Source of the DNA: the human T2T-CHM13v2.0 reference genome, Homo sapiens
Assembly (NCBI RefSeq): GCF_009914755.1
Contig: NC_060933.1
Strand: one strand, 5' to 3'
Length of the DNA stretch: 64,000 nt
Both the position numbers and the translations under genes were made by a program. Below are positions 62,906 to 64,000 of the stretch, piece by piece. Within the stretch, counting starts at the first letter, position 1, and each line of letters begins with the position of its first letter. The notes beneath the pieces were generated by a model, which made no database searches, was not told the origin of the DNA, and saw only the letters and a list, made by a program, of their open reading frames with translations.

Positions 62906-63283
62906 AAAATTACTAAAAAAATTCAGAGGGACTTCTACTTCCAACATCATGGCTAACTAAATATTTTGAAGAAAAGTCCTCCAAAGCAAATGCCAACACA
63001 CTGGATAAATCACAATGACTACTTTTTAATGCATTGCTGAGCTCACAGTAAAGTACAGGAAATCTGCATGGGACAGATAAAAACATACGAGATGTGATAC
63101 TTGAACTCTGAGCTGGTGCTATATTGAGGGCACACCTATCCTGGGGATTAAATTATGGCCCTGAACTACCACAGTTTACAAGACTTGACTAAATCAATCT
63201 CTCTCTCTCTCTCCCGACACCCCAACCTCCATGCCTCCCTTTCTCTCTCTCATTGATGAATCTTTGGGATAGAAAAGAAGTTA

Positions 63284-63610
<327 letters not shown>

Positions 63611-64000
63611 AGAGAAGTAGTTAAAATCCAACTGATGAAATACAAGAAATTTTCTGTGGAAAATAAGTTGACTTTGACTGCTTTTCTGTCCCAATTTTCC
63701 CTAAAATATATATTCTCTTGCTCTTCTCATTTTCTGACAGAAAATGGGCTTGCCCTCAGCAATCTTGCAGCTAGAATTCAACCCACCATGTGTAGACACT
63801 CTTTTTTTCCCTAACACCATTTAAGGTACCAGATGCTCTTCTGTTTTACTGATAAAGCTACCTATAGATACCTTATGTTCATCTAATTCCAAAAGAAAAT
63901 AATATTATAAAAGAGTTCTGAATTGGAACTCAGGAGGAAACAAAAAAGCACCTGGTACCCAGCGTGTCCACTGATTCCATGGTGCCCTCAAGCGTCGCTC

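Overview
AT-rich, Alu-poor, L1/LTR-rich primate non-coding DNA. It is almost certainly human, because it carries a near-consensus 968-bp LTR5_Hs/HERV-K solo LTR and an AluY. No intact protein-coding gene is visible: the long ORFs come from a stop-free (TA)-rich minisatellite, decayed L1 ORF2, or a disabled HMGB3 processed pseudogene (minus strand, ~38.75-40.61 kb). The most informative structures are five. (1) A TSD-bounded L1PA insertion with two poly(A) tails, a textbook 3' transduction, inside the HMGB3 retrocopy. (2) An AluJ fused upstream of that retrocopy, possibly inside one shared TSD. (3) A pyrimidine-tract-TAG|GTGAGT site followed 93 nt later by AAG|GTAAGT, which resembles a recursive splice site with a poison exon. 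(4) The young LTR5_Hs nested in a Charlie1 fossil that also carries a 57-bp locally templated insert. (5) A palindromic VNTR with 23+8n unit lengths, a duplication with a fold-back junction, and a twin-primed L1. I see no evidence for a wholly new gene system. Repeat subfamily names are from memory of the consensus sequences, not from an alignment run, and boundaries of old elements are approximate.
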